Assembly (NCBI RefSeq): GCF_036321535.1
Contig: NC_087436.1
Span: 89,158,001-89,222,000, forward strand
Length of the DNA stretch: 64,000 nucleotides
Source of the DNA: Camelus dromedarius
Taxonomy: Eukaryota
Direction of reading: 5' to 3'
Below are positions 1-13,124 of the stretch, in pieces. The stretch's first letter is position 1, and every line of letters starts with the position of its first letter. The position numbers and the translations under genes were made by a program. A model generated the notes under the pieces. That model was given only the letters and a program-made list of their open reading frames with translations, had not been told where the DNA came from and searched no databases.

Positions 1-636
1 CCAGAGAAAACTCTAATTCAAAAATATACATGTACCCCAATGTTCATAGCAGTGCTATTTACAACAGCTAAGACATGGAATTTGGCCTAAATGTCCATCA
101 ACAGATGATTGGATAAAGTTGGTGTGGTACACACACACACACACACACACACGTACATGCATACGCACACACACAATGGAATACTACTCAGGCATTAAAA
201 AGAAAGAAATAATGTCATTTGCAGCAACATGAATGGACCTAGAGATTATCATACTAAGTGAAGTAAGTCAGACAGAGAAAGATAAATATATGATATCACT
301 TATTTGTGTAATCTAAAAAAATGATACAAATAAACTTATTTACAAACCAGAAATTGACTCACAGACATAGAAAACAAACTTATGGTTATCAGAGGGGAAG
401 GAAGGGAGGGATAAATTAGGAGTTTGGGATTTGCAGATATATAAAATACATAAACAACAAGGACCTACTGTATAGCATAGGGAACTACATTTAATATCTT
501 GTAATAATCTATAATAGAGAAGAATCTGAAGAAATATATATATATATGTATACACATCTGAATCACTTTGCTGTACACCAGAAACTAACACAACATTGTA
601 AATCAACTATACCTCAATAAAGACAAGAAAAAAAAA
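1..636 (+). mobile_element. L1 (LINE-1) 3' end, artiodactyl-type: end of ORF2, 3' UTR and poly(A); cut by the window start
   Basis: Typical ORF2 C-terminal sequence (ATGTACCCCAATGTTCATAGCAG...TTTGCAGCAACATGAATGGACCTAGAG), 3' UTR ending GCTGTACACCAGAAACTAACACAACATTGTAAATCAACTATACCTCAATAAA, then an A-rich tail. Confidence 0.93.
129..176. repeat. (CA)n microsatellite inside the L1
   Basis: About 12 perfect AC units followed by a degenerate CA/TA continuation. Confidence 0.9.
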
Positions 637-699
637 GGAATACACCTGTAATTTGTGTGTCTTTATTATTCTAGAAAAAAAAAAGTTTTATCCTAAAGC

Positions 700-910
700 C
701 ATGGCAATCAAATTTTTTGGTCTCCTGGCCCATTTACACTCTTAAATTTCATCAATATTCACCATATTGAAATTAAAACTAAGAAATTTTTAGTATGTAT
801 TTATTGATTTATTTTAAGACAGCAGTGCTGACTGCATTGCATGTTAACATCTTCATGTTACTATGAACATAGTTCTGGCTGCAAGGACACTCTGATAAAG
901 AAGCACTGTA
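700..910. mobile_element. Degraded hAT-Charlie-like non-autonomous DNA transposon fragment
   Basis: CAAATTTTTTGGTCTCCTGGCCCATTTACACTCTTAAA...CACCATATTGAAATTAAAACTAAGAAATT resembles hAT MITE consensus; ends in CACTG. Family not assigned. Confidence 0.5.
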
Positions 911-2759
911 CTAAAGTGAAGTGTAGGTGTGTTCCAGAATACGAAAAGCATGACAAACTTGGAAAGTGAATTTTATTCACCTTGATTTATAATACTTGAT
1001 TCTGAAAATAAGTTATGAGATGTTTTAAAATTTAAGCAAAGTTTGACTGATCTTGAAAGCTTTGCTTACTTGACGTACTGGTTAATGTCTTTTATATAAT
1101 GCAATAAAAGTCTATATTTACATTTTCTATGTCTAATTTTTGACTTGCAAAACTACCTTTTGGTTTTCCCAGAGGGCCCTTGAAAAAAATTGCAGATTAA
1201 TTTTGCAAGAATTGCATGTGAAGAGTTGTCAAGTAAGAGGATATACTCATCTGCCCCCAATTAAATTTGTATAGGTAAAGTATTACTAATATAAATATTT
1301 CAGAAAGTGTATGCTTTATGGAAAATCCCTGGAAATTTGTTAATACTCTTCCTTTTCATAATATGTATTAACTTTAGGAGAAACACTACTCAAAATTCTT
1401 ATCAAATAGCTCTCTCAAGTTTTCCTAGTTTTATCAGAGTCCTGATGGTACTCTGTCTGAAGATATTAAGCAACAACAGTATAGGATTGTCAGTCATAAT
1501 TTCAGGTATTATTTAAATTGTTTACTTTTCCACAGTCTTCTTTCATTAATTTTAATCTAGCATTTTCTATAGAGTAAGGTCTCGTTCTGGTCCCACAGAT
1601 TCTATAGAGATCTACCTCTGGACAAAACTGCAAAGTAGAGATGATAGTTTTTCAGCATCTCCCATTGTGTTCAGAGGCCATACACCTCATTGTGAGATCC
1701 TCCTAATCTCAGCACAACCAAGTCCCATTTTCTGAAGTTACTCATTCCCTGAAGACTCCCAATATTCATTTTATCTCATTTCTACTTCTGAGTAGGGTAA
1801 AGCTGTAACATAGTTCAAAGGTAGGGGGTCTATAAAAATCTCAAAGCAAAAAAATAATTGTGGCACTGGGAGAGTCAGGTTTTCAGGGAGTTTGTCTCTT
1901 GCTTTGATTTAACTCACCAACCTAGTCTACCCAGAGATGCAGGAAGGCTGGTAAACTGTTGTATAGCTCAGTGGGGCTTCCACTGCTCACACGTATTCCT
2001 CTACAATATCGACAGTTGAATCTATAATTGGTAGATTAACTCCTAAAAATAAGGCATATTCCATTTTAGGCAGTGGCCAATTTACCATAGAGAGTGCAGC
2101 TAAAAGAGCAATAGAAAAGGAATTCCATGTGATGGAGTCTAACTAATGTTCCCAGACTGCAGACTGCAGATTGAAGATTGAGAACAGAATGCATAGGCTG
2201 TTCACATCATTTGGTCTGTAATAATCTATGAGAAATTTCCCCAACCTCTAACAACAACAGTGGCAAAGTCTTCGGTTTGTGATTTCCCCCATTTCAGATT
2301 TGCCTTATAACTGTGAAGCAATGAGATTGCTATATGCCAGTTGGATTTTATTCCAGATACAATGAGCTCATTTAAAATAATAGTTTCAAAATGGAAAGCT
2401 GACAGAAATACAGGCTTGTGAAAATGTAGCATTTCTCTAGTTTTCACTTAGACAGAATGGGGAATTGAAAGGGTCTCTGTGGACCGATGGGCTCTGCTTC
2501 ACATCATCACTGATGATAATGGATCCTCGGGGAAGAGTCAGAGAATTCCTCCTTTGCTGATGTGCTTGTCCCCTTGGCTCAGAAGGTAAAAGCTCAGCCA
2601 GAACAAAAAATGTCTGGTACTGATTTCTTCACTCACTCACTCATATTTATCAATCCTTTCTATGTGAGGCACTGTGCTGGAGAATGTGTGTGGAACAAAA
2701 ACATTTAAGATATATGTAAGGTGTATGTAATATTAGAAATGTAAGATATTGACGTAGTC

Positions 2760-2975
2760 TTTGTATTGAGAATGTGGGTTCTGTGTAGATTGCCTGTGTT
2801 TGGAACCAGGCTTCTTTAGCTATTGATGTTGGCAAGCTACAAGTTACCTGACTTCTCTGTGACTCAGTTTCCTTCTTCCTAAAATGGGTTAATATTAGGA
2901 TTAGATAAAATAATAACCTTGTAAAGGGTTTAGAAAATTACCTCGAAGGGCAAGGGCTTAAAAGCTTGCTATTAA
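2760..2975 (+). mobile_element. MIR SINE
   Basis: MIR core CAAGTTACCTGACTTCTCTGTGACTCAGTTTCCTTCTTCCTAAAATGGG. Confidence 0.8.
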
Positions 2976-3185
2976 AATGATGATTAAATTAGTTACTGCA
3001 AGGAGCTTCCAAATCACTAAATATCTCAGTCATGGGCCTAATACATTCCAGGAGCTGTTACACCCTACAAAAACATCACCAAGATACAAGTCCTATCATA
3101 AAGGTACAAATAATATCATGGATTGGACAGACATATCTCACCAGTGCTCTGTGATTGGTATTAGAGTAGATGTATCTATGGGAAA

Positions 3186-3758
3186 TGTATTAGCTATCTA
3201 CTGCTGCATAACAAGTTACTACAAAACAGTTTTTTGAAACAATAAACATTTACTGCCACATAGGTTTTGTGGGCCAGAAATCTGTGCTTAATGTTGTTTG
3301 ATGTCTCTGCCTCTAGGCTTTTCAAAAGATTGCAATCAAGGTGTTTGCTGGGACTGTGGTCTTATTTGAAGCCTCAGCAGAGGGAGGATCCACTCCTAAG
3401 CTCATTCAAATGTTGTTAGTAGGATTCAGTTCCTCACGTACTGTTGGAACATATCCAGTCCTTGTTGGATGCTGGTTGGAGCTCTCCCTCAGTTCTTTGT
3501 CATAAGGCATTTCCATAGGACAACTCTCAACTGGTTTCCCTTAGAGCAAGTGAGAAATAACAAGAAAGGACCAGCTAAGCAGAAACAATTCTTTTTGAAT
3601 CCTAATCTCAGAAGTAACATCATATCACTTTTGCTATATTCTATACTTTTGAAATGAGTCACTAGGCATGGTCACACTCAAGGTAAGGGACTTACACATG
3701 GCATGAATTACTGGGAGGAGGGACTCACTGAGATCTATTTTAGAGGCTGTCTAACACA
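3186..3758 (-). mobile_element. MaLR solo LTR (MLT1F-like)
   Basis: Starts TGTATTAGCTATCTACTGCTGCATAACAAGTTAC, contains GGAGGATCCACTCCTAAGCTCATTCA and GGATTCAGTTCCTC, ends GAGGCTGTCTAACACA (TG...CA termini). Confidence 0.85.
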
Positions 3759-5559
3759 GGGTGCAGTGCTGAAACAAAAAGCAGATCTGGAAAGACCTTA
3801 AAAGTGGGGCCAGTATGATCTGGGTTTTAAAGCACAAGTCATTATTCATGGAAAGACATGGGGGACAGCATTCTAGGAATGTAGAATACAACATGCACAA
3901 AAGCATATAAAACAATGTGATATGATCAAATGTCATGTGAGAAATTATCTCAGTGCTTCCAAATATATTAACAAGCAAAACTTCCAGAGGTTATAGAACA
4001 GCTAAGTTAAAATACTTGAATCACATGGCATATTAAGGCAATTTAAAATACAGTAAAAACAAACAAACAAGCAGAGCAAAACAAGGGGAAAGGAATGGGG
4101 CAACGTACACTCAAGACAGAGTGCAAGTAGGTGTAAGAATCTCACCACCTGTGTTAGGGGGCATATAATGTTCCTACATCCTCCCTCTCTCTGCCACCTC
4201 GGATGCCCCCACTGATGGTGTGATTATGAGGAGCAGAGTTGAGGTTGAAGCAAGGTGGTCTGCAGAAGGTACTCTGGGCCAGTGAGATGTAGGGGGAGAT
4301 AGAGGACATATATTTCTCTGTGGTTATGTCCAAACAAAGCTAGGTCTTGGCAATTAGCTCCTCGAACAACCATGGGTTTTATTTATATTTCTTGGGTAGA
4401 GCACATGTGGGGCCAGGACAGGAGTTTTTGGGTGTTACTAATGGATGACCTAATTTGGGGGCATTGTAGTTGTCAAATGATGATTAAGACTCTGCTCTTT
4501 CTATCCATTTCTATCTGTAAATAACACTCTTATTGCAACATATTTCTCTACTTTTTCTTTGGAGGTGTCATCCATTTTACTTGTTTATTGTCTATATCAA
4601 GTGCATGTTATGAATTCTGCCTGTTTCACAAGTGACTTGCTTAGTCATTATCTGTACTTAACTATCCTATAAATGTTGCCTTTACCTCATAAGCTACTGG
4701 CTTGATTTACTATTCATGCTCAATACTTCTTTTGAGTTTCATCTATCCTGTTTGTTTTCTTATCTTTAGGTACATCTGAGTACAGTAGATGCACACTACA
4801 TCAGGGAACTCGAAAAATTCTGGTTCAGGTGGAACTCAAGGGCTTTGCCAAAGAAGGGCAGGAGATAAACATAGGAAGGAAGCACTTTGTATGGAAACAT
4901 GGACTTCATTTTGCAGACGATAGAGAGTTGTTGAAGGGTGGAAGCAGGAATATAACATTATTAGAAATAACACATATACATATGTGAATAAATAAAATGT
5001 AAACAAGATATAAATTCCCAATTAATGGCACAAATATGATGATGTATGCACTTCAAAGTAGGCAAAATGATGTCCCTTTGATGTCATTTGTGTAGGCTTC
5101 AGGGAAGATACAATATATTTGTTAGTCTGTGAAGGCAGGAATTACTGGTTGTGAATGGAAACTGTCTAGGCTGGGAGAAGGGCATTAGTCAACGGACCAT
5201 GTCCCTGCACCCTACACTGGTATACCCCATAGATCAAAGAGTAAGATTATTCCCTGTATTTCATGGAAAAGGTTTTTATGGATTTAGTAACTTGGAATTT
5301 GACTTTTTCCCAATATGATAAGAATTTACACACATTGCTAATTTCTAATTTAGCTCGGGCACAAATTTAAATCATGTATGTTGTAAATTAAGTAGTAACT
5401 ATGACTGATTGACCTACTTCCTCCCTTTTCTAAGCAATTGACTCTCAATGCAAAGTACTATGTTCATTGAAGTAAAGAAAATATATTTGCAGGGGTGGTG
5501 GGTGGAAAATGGACCCCTAAAGAAATTAAATACTTTAAAATTATGTAACAGGTGTATTA

Positions 5560-5730
5560 TGATGTTGTACATCTCATTTAAGAGATTGGTGTTATTTCAG
5601 TCGTGAAGAACCTGAGGAGGAAAAAGATCTAGCGAATTGGCCACAGTCATACAGTCAGGAAATGCAAGAGGAGGAATTAGAACTTAGGCAGTTTGATGCT
5701 AGAGTCCAACCCTTAACCCCTGTGCAACAT
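5560..5730 (-). mobile_element. MIR SINE
   Basis: GAAGAACCTGAGG...GGCCACAGTCATACAGTCAGGAAATG...GGAATTAGAACTTAGGCAGTTTGATGCTAGAG, the reverse MIR core. Confidence 0.7.
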
Positions 5731-6994
5731 AACCTTCCACTGTTGGTGCTGGTGATGGAAGTGAAGAGAAAGCAAGGAGGTCTAAGAACGTAATGGTGGG
5801 GACCTGAACAGTCAATGCTTTGGATAAACTGAAAGAGAAATGTAGAATTAACAGGATGCTGATAAATAAGGTGTGAAATAATCCTTCATATGCTGTAGAT
5901 GGAAATGTAACCATTGACTTTAAAGCTCTACTAGTGAGTTCCCAGGCAGTAAAAGAAAATCTGTATAAATAAGAGCTAAAACTAATTATAGTCATGTCAG
6001 GAAGCTATTCCTAGTAAACCGGAGACTCTTAAGGGAATGTGGTCTAGAGAAACAAGCTATTATGTATGTCCCTCATGTAAGTCAAGGGTCTTTGATGGTA
6101 GTGCGCACAGCACACCAGTCAGCTACAACCCCTATGCTGTGCAGATTCTGAAGTTCTACTGTACATTGTTTATTTTCATAATCTCAATTAAAAAAAACTA
6201 GGCCACTTTAATTTCAGAACCTAGAATGAAATCTCTGTAGCTACATTCACATTGTATTGGAAGCTTTGCAAGACATTTCTAAAAAGAGGCAGACCATACA
6301 AGCTGATGGTGGAGACCCTTATTTCATGGGATGCTAATCTCCAAACTCTGTTGTCCATTCTTAAATATTGCCATCTGACACCTCTTACCAAGTGCTGTTG
6401 TTTTATATTTTTTTGATTAAGTATTTCTGAAACCAATTATCTCTTTTCTTCAAAAGTATTATTTAGCTTCTGGGGGCAGTCTGCTCTAAGACTACCTTTT
6501 TTAATTATAAGATTGTTTATTTTGAGCTTTTACAGTCCAGTCTCTAGGGCAGTTAGGTTCAAAGAACTGACAAGAAACAAGAGGAAATACAAAGCATGGT
6601 TGCTCTTTGGCTTTGGCTATAAGATCTTGACAAGAGAAAACCACTTCAGCTCTGGTCTTTAGAATTTCTTAGAAAAAGCAACATTAATTCTACAGGGATA
6701 TTAATATTAGTAATTTGGGGTTATGTGACACAAGCCCTACAAAGAGAAAAGGGAAAAATAATTTCCTGCTTGGAAGGAGGGAAATATAATTTACAGATAT
6801 TCTTGCCTACATGGTAGGGTGTTGAGGACTAGTCTGAATTTTGTAAGTTGAATATTGAACCAAATTTAGTCATTAGAAATGACTAAATGTGTAGGAGAAA
6901 ACACTGCTAAAATGACATAAAGACATGCATTGGGTGCTAAGTTCTTCTTTAGTCCTGCTTTGTAGAGTTTTATGTCAGGTTTGTCAATTAATTG

Positions 6995-7102
6995 TAAAAT
7001 TCCATCTATAAAATACCTTTTGTCATGTAAGGTAACATATTCATAGGTTATGAGGATTAGGATCTGGATATCTTTGTGGGAATTATAATTCAGTCTGCCA
7101 CA
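6995..7102 (-). mobile_element. MaLR LTR terminal fragment (MLT1B/C/D-like)
   Basis: TAAGGTAACATATTCATAGGTTATGAGGATTAGGATCTGGATATCTTTGTGGG...ATTCAGTCTGCCACA. Confidence 0.75.
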
Positions 7103-7203
7103 AGATGTATGACCTTCTAGTCCTCTGGCTTCACAGTTGGGACTTTTAAAATATTAATTTAACAACAGTTATGGAGTATTTACTGTAATATAAACTTGAC
7201 ACT

Positions 7204-8643
7204 GTTTTTATATTGAAATATAGTTGATTTATAATTATAAATCAAGTTGATTTATAAATATATATATATAATTATAAATCAAGTTGATTTATAAATATAA
7301 TTATATTAGTTTTAGGAGTACAGCATAGTGATTCAGTATTTTTATAGATTATACTCTATGTAAAGTTATTACAAAATAAAGGCTATATTTCCCAGTGCTA
7401 TATGGTATATTCTGGTTGTTTAACTATTTTATATATAGTAGTTTGTATCTCTTAATCTCATACCTCTATTTTGTCCCTCCCCTCTCCAATCTCCCCACTG
7501 ATATCCACTATTTTGTTTTCTATATCTGAGTCTGTTTCTGTTTTGTTATATACAGTCATTTGTTTTACGTTTTAGAGTCCACATGTAAGTGATAATCTAC
7601 AGTATTTGTCTTTCTTTGTCTGGTTTATTTCACTAAGCATAATACTCTTTAGGTCCATCCATGCTGTTGCAAATGACTTTATTTCATTCTTTTCTATGAC
7701 TGAGTAATATTCCATTGTACATATATACTACATCTTCTTTATCCACTCATCTGTTGATGGACACTTGGGTTGCTTCCATATCTTGGCTATTGTAAATAAT
7801 GCTGCTACAAACATTTGGGTGCATGTATCTTTTCAAATTAGTGTTTTCATTTCTGGGGGATATATACCCAAAAGTGGAATTGCTGGTTCATATGGTATTT
7901 CTATTTTTAGTTTTTTGAGGAAACTCCATGCTATTTTCCTTAGTGGCTGCACCAGTTTAGATTCTCACCAATAGTATGTAAAAGTTTCCTTTTCTCCATA
8001 TGCTTGCCAATATTTGTTATTTGTGGACTTTTTGATTATAGTCATTCTGACAGGTATAAGGTGATGTTGTGATTTTGATTTGCCTTTCTCTAATAATTGG
8101 AAACATAGAGCATCTTTTCAGATGCCAGTTAGCCATTTGTATGTTTTCTTTGGAAAAATGTTTATTCAGGTCTTCTGTCCTTTTTAAAAATTGGATTGTC
8201 TGTTTTTTTGATATTGAGTTGTGTGAGTTGTTTATATATTTTGGATTTTAACCCCTTACCAGTCATATAATTTACAAATATTTTCTTCCATTTGATAGGC
8301 TGCCTTTTCATTTTGTCAATGGTTTCCTTTGCTGTGCAAAAACTTTAAAGTTTAACTTGGTCCCCTTTGTTTATTTTTGCTTTCATTTCTTTTGCCTTAG
8401 GAGACATATCCAAAAAATGTTGCTGCAATTTATGTTGAAGAGTGTCCTGCTTATATTTTCTTCTAGGAGTTTTATGGTTTCAGGGGTTACATTTAGGTCT
8501 TTAATCCACTTTGAGTTCATTTTTGTATACGATGTGAGGAAATGTTCTAATCTCATTCTTTTACATGTAGCTGTCCAGTTTTCTCAGTACCACTTATTAA
8601 AGAGACAGTCTTTTCTCCATTGTATATTCTTGCCTTTTTTGTC
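7204..8643 (-). mobile_element. 5'-truncated L1 (about 1.4 kb, 3' ORF2 plus 3' UTR) inserted into a MIR
   Basis: Continuous antisense L1 sequence (CCACTCATCTGTTGATGGACACTTGGGTTGCTTCC, TTTGCTGTGCAAAAACTTT). Degenerate TSD ATAAACTTGACACT (7190-7203) / ATAAGCCTGACACT (8644-8657), 12/14 identical. Confidence 0.93.
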
Positions 8644-8657
8644 ATAAGCCTGACACT

Positions 8658-8805
8658 TCTTAAAGTAATTTATATTGCTTATCTCAGTTAATCTGCAAAC
8701 AACCTTTAGGTTAGGTACTATTATCACCTTATTTCACTGCTGAAGAAATTGACAGCCTTGCTCAAGATCACAGAGTAAGTTGCCAGGATTTGAACCTAAG
8801 ACTCA
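8658..8805 (-). mobile_element. MIR SINE (larger part; the other part lies at about 7160-7203, left of the L1)
   Basis: TTATCTCAGTTAATCTGCAAACAACCTTTAGGTTAGGTACTATTATCACC...TTGCTCAAGATCACAGAGTAAGTTGCCAGGATTTGAACC. Confidence 0.8.
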
Positions 8806-8954
8806 TGGCTATAGTTTCGTTTTTCATAAATGCTCTTGACATTTACTTTTACTTTCAATCACTTACACTCATGCTTATACCAAGAATAATTCAACTAAAA
8901 CTTTTCCATATAATAAATCAGAAACTCAGAAATGTCCTTTTCTTCTAATTTTCA

Positions 8955-9670
8955 TCCAATTTTTTATTTAGAAAAACTAAAAATCTATATGAAAGCTGAA
9001 AAAAATTGTACAATGAACACTTGTGTTCTCTTCCCTTAGATCCAACAGTTGCTAATATTTTACCACATTTGCTCATTTTCTTTCTTTCTGTGCCTGTATG
9101 TGTATGTGTGTGTATAATCATAAACATGTAGTATTTTTGTGAACAATTTGAAAGTAATTACAGCCATCAGAATGGTTTACTCCTAAATGTGACAGCATGA
9201 AACTTCTAAGAACAAGGCTATTTCACACTACAAGATAACATAGTCATTATTACACCCAAGAAATTATCTTTGAACATATTTCATCCATAGTAAACATTAT
9301 CCATTTATTTCAAAAATGTATTTCATAATTGTTGTTTTTTTTGAGAAAAATTCCAGAATTGAATCAAGGACCAGACATTTTATTTCATTGCCATGACTAT
9401 TTAATCTATTTTGCCTCGATTAGTCCTTTGCCCCCTTTTTTTCCTTTCTGGATGTTGACCTAGTTGAAGAGTTCAGGTCAACTTCTGTATAGAATGTCTT
9501 ACAATTTGGATTAATTTTATTGTTTTGCAGGATTAGATTTAGGTTTCACACTCGGTAAGAAAACTACTAAGGGCGATGCACCTCCAATTGCTTCAAATCA
9601 AAAGGCACTTGGTATAAATTTATATTATTTTCAGTGCCAAGTGAGATCACGTGGTTAAGGTACTGTCCAC
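8955..9670 (-). mobile_element. Old L1 3' UTR (L1MC4-like)
   Basis: GTACAATGAACAC...CTTAGATCCAACAGTTGCTAATATTTTACCACATTTGC, CTAAGAACAAGG, GATCACGTGGTTAAGGT resemble L1MC 3' end consensus. Confidence 0.75.
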
Positions 9671-9689
9671 CTCTCTCTTTATCTAGATC

Positions 9690-10120
9690 ATATGACTATC
9701 ATTTGAACCACTTTTTCATGTAGGCTCAACTTCTCTGATTTTTAGAGTAGATATTGCTTGTTGATACACACTAAGCCTGTTGCCAGCCTCTTCTCGACCA
9801 TCTGGGGGACTCCAGTTCCTCGAAGACAGTCTGAGATAGTCAAGCCTGGGGTTTTTGGGAAAGGTTTTGCCTTCCTAATAAAAGGTACTGATAACATTGG
9901 CACCAACCCTCCTTCAATCTTTTCCTACTGGATCGAATGCAAATGTGGTCAAAAAGCAGAAAGAGTTAGAAAGACTGGTTCTTATTACCTTTGTTGAGTT
10001 GTTGAACCAATGTCCCCAGGCATCTAACTTTAGACTTCATTGTGTGAGAAAAAGATTCAGCTTTATTTAAACCTAGTTCAATTATCTATTTCTTGCAAGA
10101 AGAATGCATCCTAAATGACT
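9690..10120 (+). mobile_element. Old MaLR LTR (MLT1J/K/L-like)
   Basis: GGGAAAGGTTTTGCCTTCCTAATAAAAGG, TTGTTGAGTTGTTGAACCAA, ends GAATGCATCCTAAATGA. Confidence 0.65.
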
Positions 10121-10479
10121 GAATCCATCATGGTGAAGAACATTAATCTTGGAATGAGCAACTTGGCACTCTACCTGTACACTCTGACCAAACACTGAAG
10201 GACAATGTGGTACAGTTGTTCAGCACAGCTCCACTACAAATGTGCCATCAACCTCAGTCAGATCCTGAATCCAGTTCTACATTCCTTTCAATTGTTTGGC
10301 AAAAACTCTCTTATTGAACTCAAGCAGCTATTCCAAATCTTCTTTACTCTTCTTAAGTTCCCTGGAAAATAGCCACCACATGGGGGACACTACCTAGCAG
10401 ATAACCTCAAAAAGAAGAGTGATCCCTTCACTGACAATGTGTGCATACTGATCGTTAGCTTTCTGTTTGAGTTAAAACC

Positions 10480-11530
10480 TCCATTGTTTCCACAATTTTA
10501 TCCCCTCTCACGAATGCCAGGACTTTAATTCATCAATTATTTATTCTGTCTTTCACACCTCTACTTGCCCTTTTCTGAAAGAGATCCTTCATTATAGCTT
10601 ATAAACATGTTTCAGTCTTTGCAATGCAAACAAATAAACACACAATAAACACAAAACTGCAAATAATTGCAACCGAACTAGTCTCTTGGCTATGCCTTCT
10701 AGCTACTGCCTTCCCTCTTTCCTTCCCTTTTTGGAAGAGTGTCTACACGTTTCTCCTACCATACAATTCACATATCCTTGGACTCTCAGAGGTCACCACT
10801 GACTGTCTTAATGCCAAATCCAATGGTCACCTTTCAGTTCTTACCTTACAAATATTTCTGAAGTCAAGACTTGATTGATGACTCACTGCTTTATAATTTT
10901 AATTATGAATTAATTCTTAATTCTCTTGGCTTACATTCGACTGCTTTCTTCTGGTTTTCCCTCATTTTTCTGACTTTCCCATTTCTTCTTTTTTACAAAT
11001 GGACTTCCTCTCTTTTGTCTGTCCCTTAAATGATGACCTTGTCCTCAGTGTCCTCTTTGGTCCACTGCTCTCCCTATGTACATCTGTTCTCTAGGTCATG
11101 GTGGATTTGATTTTGTCCTTGCTCTCCTCTGATCTCCATTTGTCTATTCCTCCTGACTACTCACCATATTGACCAACAGTGGCCATAATCCCACTGCTAA
11201 ATATTTAGGTGTGGACCTACAGAAGAAGTATCTCAGCAAAAGTAACATATTTCAATGGAATTTTTCACCAGCTCCCATTCATTGTCCCACATTGGCTGCT
11301 GAAAGTATCTGGCTTCCCAGAGTCCTCTGTAATCTCCAACTTGTCTACTCACAGTACTGCTTCAGGAGACCTCATTAGAGACTTCTCTCTGATGCTCCAC
11401 TATCCCCATCTGGAATCTAACTTCCACATCTTCTCCCCCTCAGTTAGTAAAGTCTTATTCCTTTAATAAATCCCTAATTCCCAAATATTCACATAATCTT
11501 GTCTGTACTCTATTTGACATAATCACCTAA
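10480..11530 (+). mobile_element. L2 LINE fragment(s)
   Basis: AGGTCACCACTGACTGTCTTAATGCCAAATCCAATGGTCACCTTTCAGTTC is a diagnostic L2 motif; pyrimidine-rich and degraded. Confidence 0.7.
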
Positions 11531-11649
11531 ATGGACATTTATGTGACAGAGAAATAAACTTTGCTCTTAATTTAAGGCAGTGTGTTTTTGAGTTTCTTTG
11601 ATAAATGAATCTAAAATGTATCTTGACTAATCAGATATTATGATTATTA

Positions 11650-12950
11650 TTATTTTGGGCATATTGATTTGAGATGCCTACTGATATTGAAGTGGAGATT
11701 TTTAATTAACACTGTGTGATCAAATCTGGGCCTCAGAGAAATTTCAGGGTTAAAGAGAGAAACTTGGAAAAGACCAGCATATAGATGACATTTCAAGCGA
11801 TGGAAATGATTGTACGTTGAGAATAATGTTCAGCACTGAAGGGCAATCCAACACTCAGAGATCTGGCAGAGGACAAAGAATCAGTAAGGACATTGAGGAA
11901 AAGTGGCCAGTTAGAAAGATGTAATTAAAGGTCAGAGATTGTGACATCCTTGGATCAAGAAAGTAAAATGCTTTAAGAAAAAGAGTTTGAGTAAATGCTC
12001 TTGAGAGGTCTAGTAGGATAAAGATTGATAACTTTCCACTGAAATCAACAAGATGGAGTTTCACTCTTCATCTCGCTAAGTAGATTATGGGGTGGGTAGA
12101 ACATTCTGAAGAAGTGGAGGCAACTCTTTCAGTGGCTTTGGCTCTAAGGTGTGGGGTGCTAGCTGGAGTATGCAGGTGATCAAAAAATATAAAACAGCAC
12201 GTTTGTGTTCCGTAAGGAATAGTCCAATACAAAAAGGGGAAGTTGGTGATGCAGGAAAGAAATGGGGGGAACTGTAGGAGGAAAGTCCTTGAGTAGCCAG
12301 AGGGGATGGCAGCCAGTGCAGAGGTAGAGCCCTGGCTGTGGATGGCTGAAGCTTGTACATTCTATCCACACCCTAACTGTAGGATGTCACTCTCTGTGGG
12401 GATGTTTTGAGGCTTGGTAAATTTGCTGGTGGAAAAATGTGGTAGCTACCTTCTGGTTGTTTCCTTTTATTAGTGAAGTATAGGCAAGAACAAGTGTTGC
12501 AAGTGGGGTGGGTACTGGAGAATTGAGGAGAGAGGAAAAGATGTGAAATAGTAGTCTCAGAGCATTAGAGTCAATCAAGAAAATGTAGTAGGCTTGCTGG
12601 ACGCTGCTGAGGGCCTCTTAGGGTTTGGTTATACATTTATAATTTGATTAGTTGTCACCGTTAGGTTTTTCCTCTCAGTCGTGTTCCTCCATTTATACAT
12701 GCATTGGGTAATTATATTTATTCAGGGTTGGAGATTTTCTAGGCAAACACTATGAAACAGGAATAAGAGGGTTGAGTATATATGTATATGAATGATCATA
12801 GTGATGAACAATGGATCCTAAGCTCAGTAGTGGGGACATTGAACTCATTGCTGGGTGGTGGGGTCAGTGAATTGGAATGTCAGTGGGGTTGATATATTAC
12901 TGAAGAGTTTTTGTTGGAAGGCTGGAAGGGATTAGAGAGATATGAAGTTA
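11650..12950 (-). mobile_element. L2 LINE fragment (L2a-like)
   Basis: TTTGGGCATATTGATTTGAGATGCCTACTGATATTGAAGTGGAGAT and GAGAGGTCTAGTAGGATAAAGATTGA. The minus-strand ORF remnant LSIFILLDLSRAF resembles L2 RT. Confidence 0.8.
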
Positions 12951-13124
12951 CTAGTTCTGTGAACTGAGAAACTACAAGTCTGATACTCTTCAGAAATACT
13001 CTCACATAGTGGCAACAAAAAGACAAAGTCCTATAAGTTGGTTGTTGCTATAGACACCAGTGTTTCCCAAACTACCATTACATGCATACTGTCCTCACAA
13101 CTTCTGTCATATAATTATAGTAAT

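Noticed and set aside
4770..4870. Strong acceptor TTTTCTTATCTTTAG followed by open frames
   Set aside because: There is no good donor, the downstream sequence looks like decayed antisense L2, and the peptide is unrecognised.
7765..8647. Three + strand ORFs of 60-96 aa (and 340-606, 13461-13754)
   Set aside because: These are antisense translations of L1 sequence, a common source of spurious hydrophobic ORFs.
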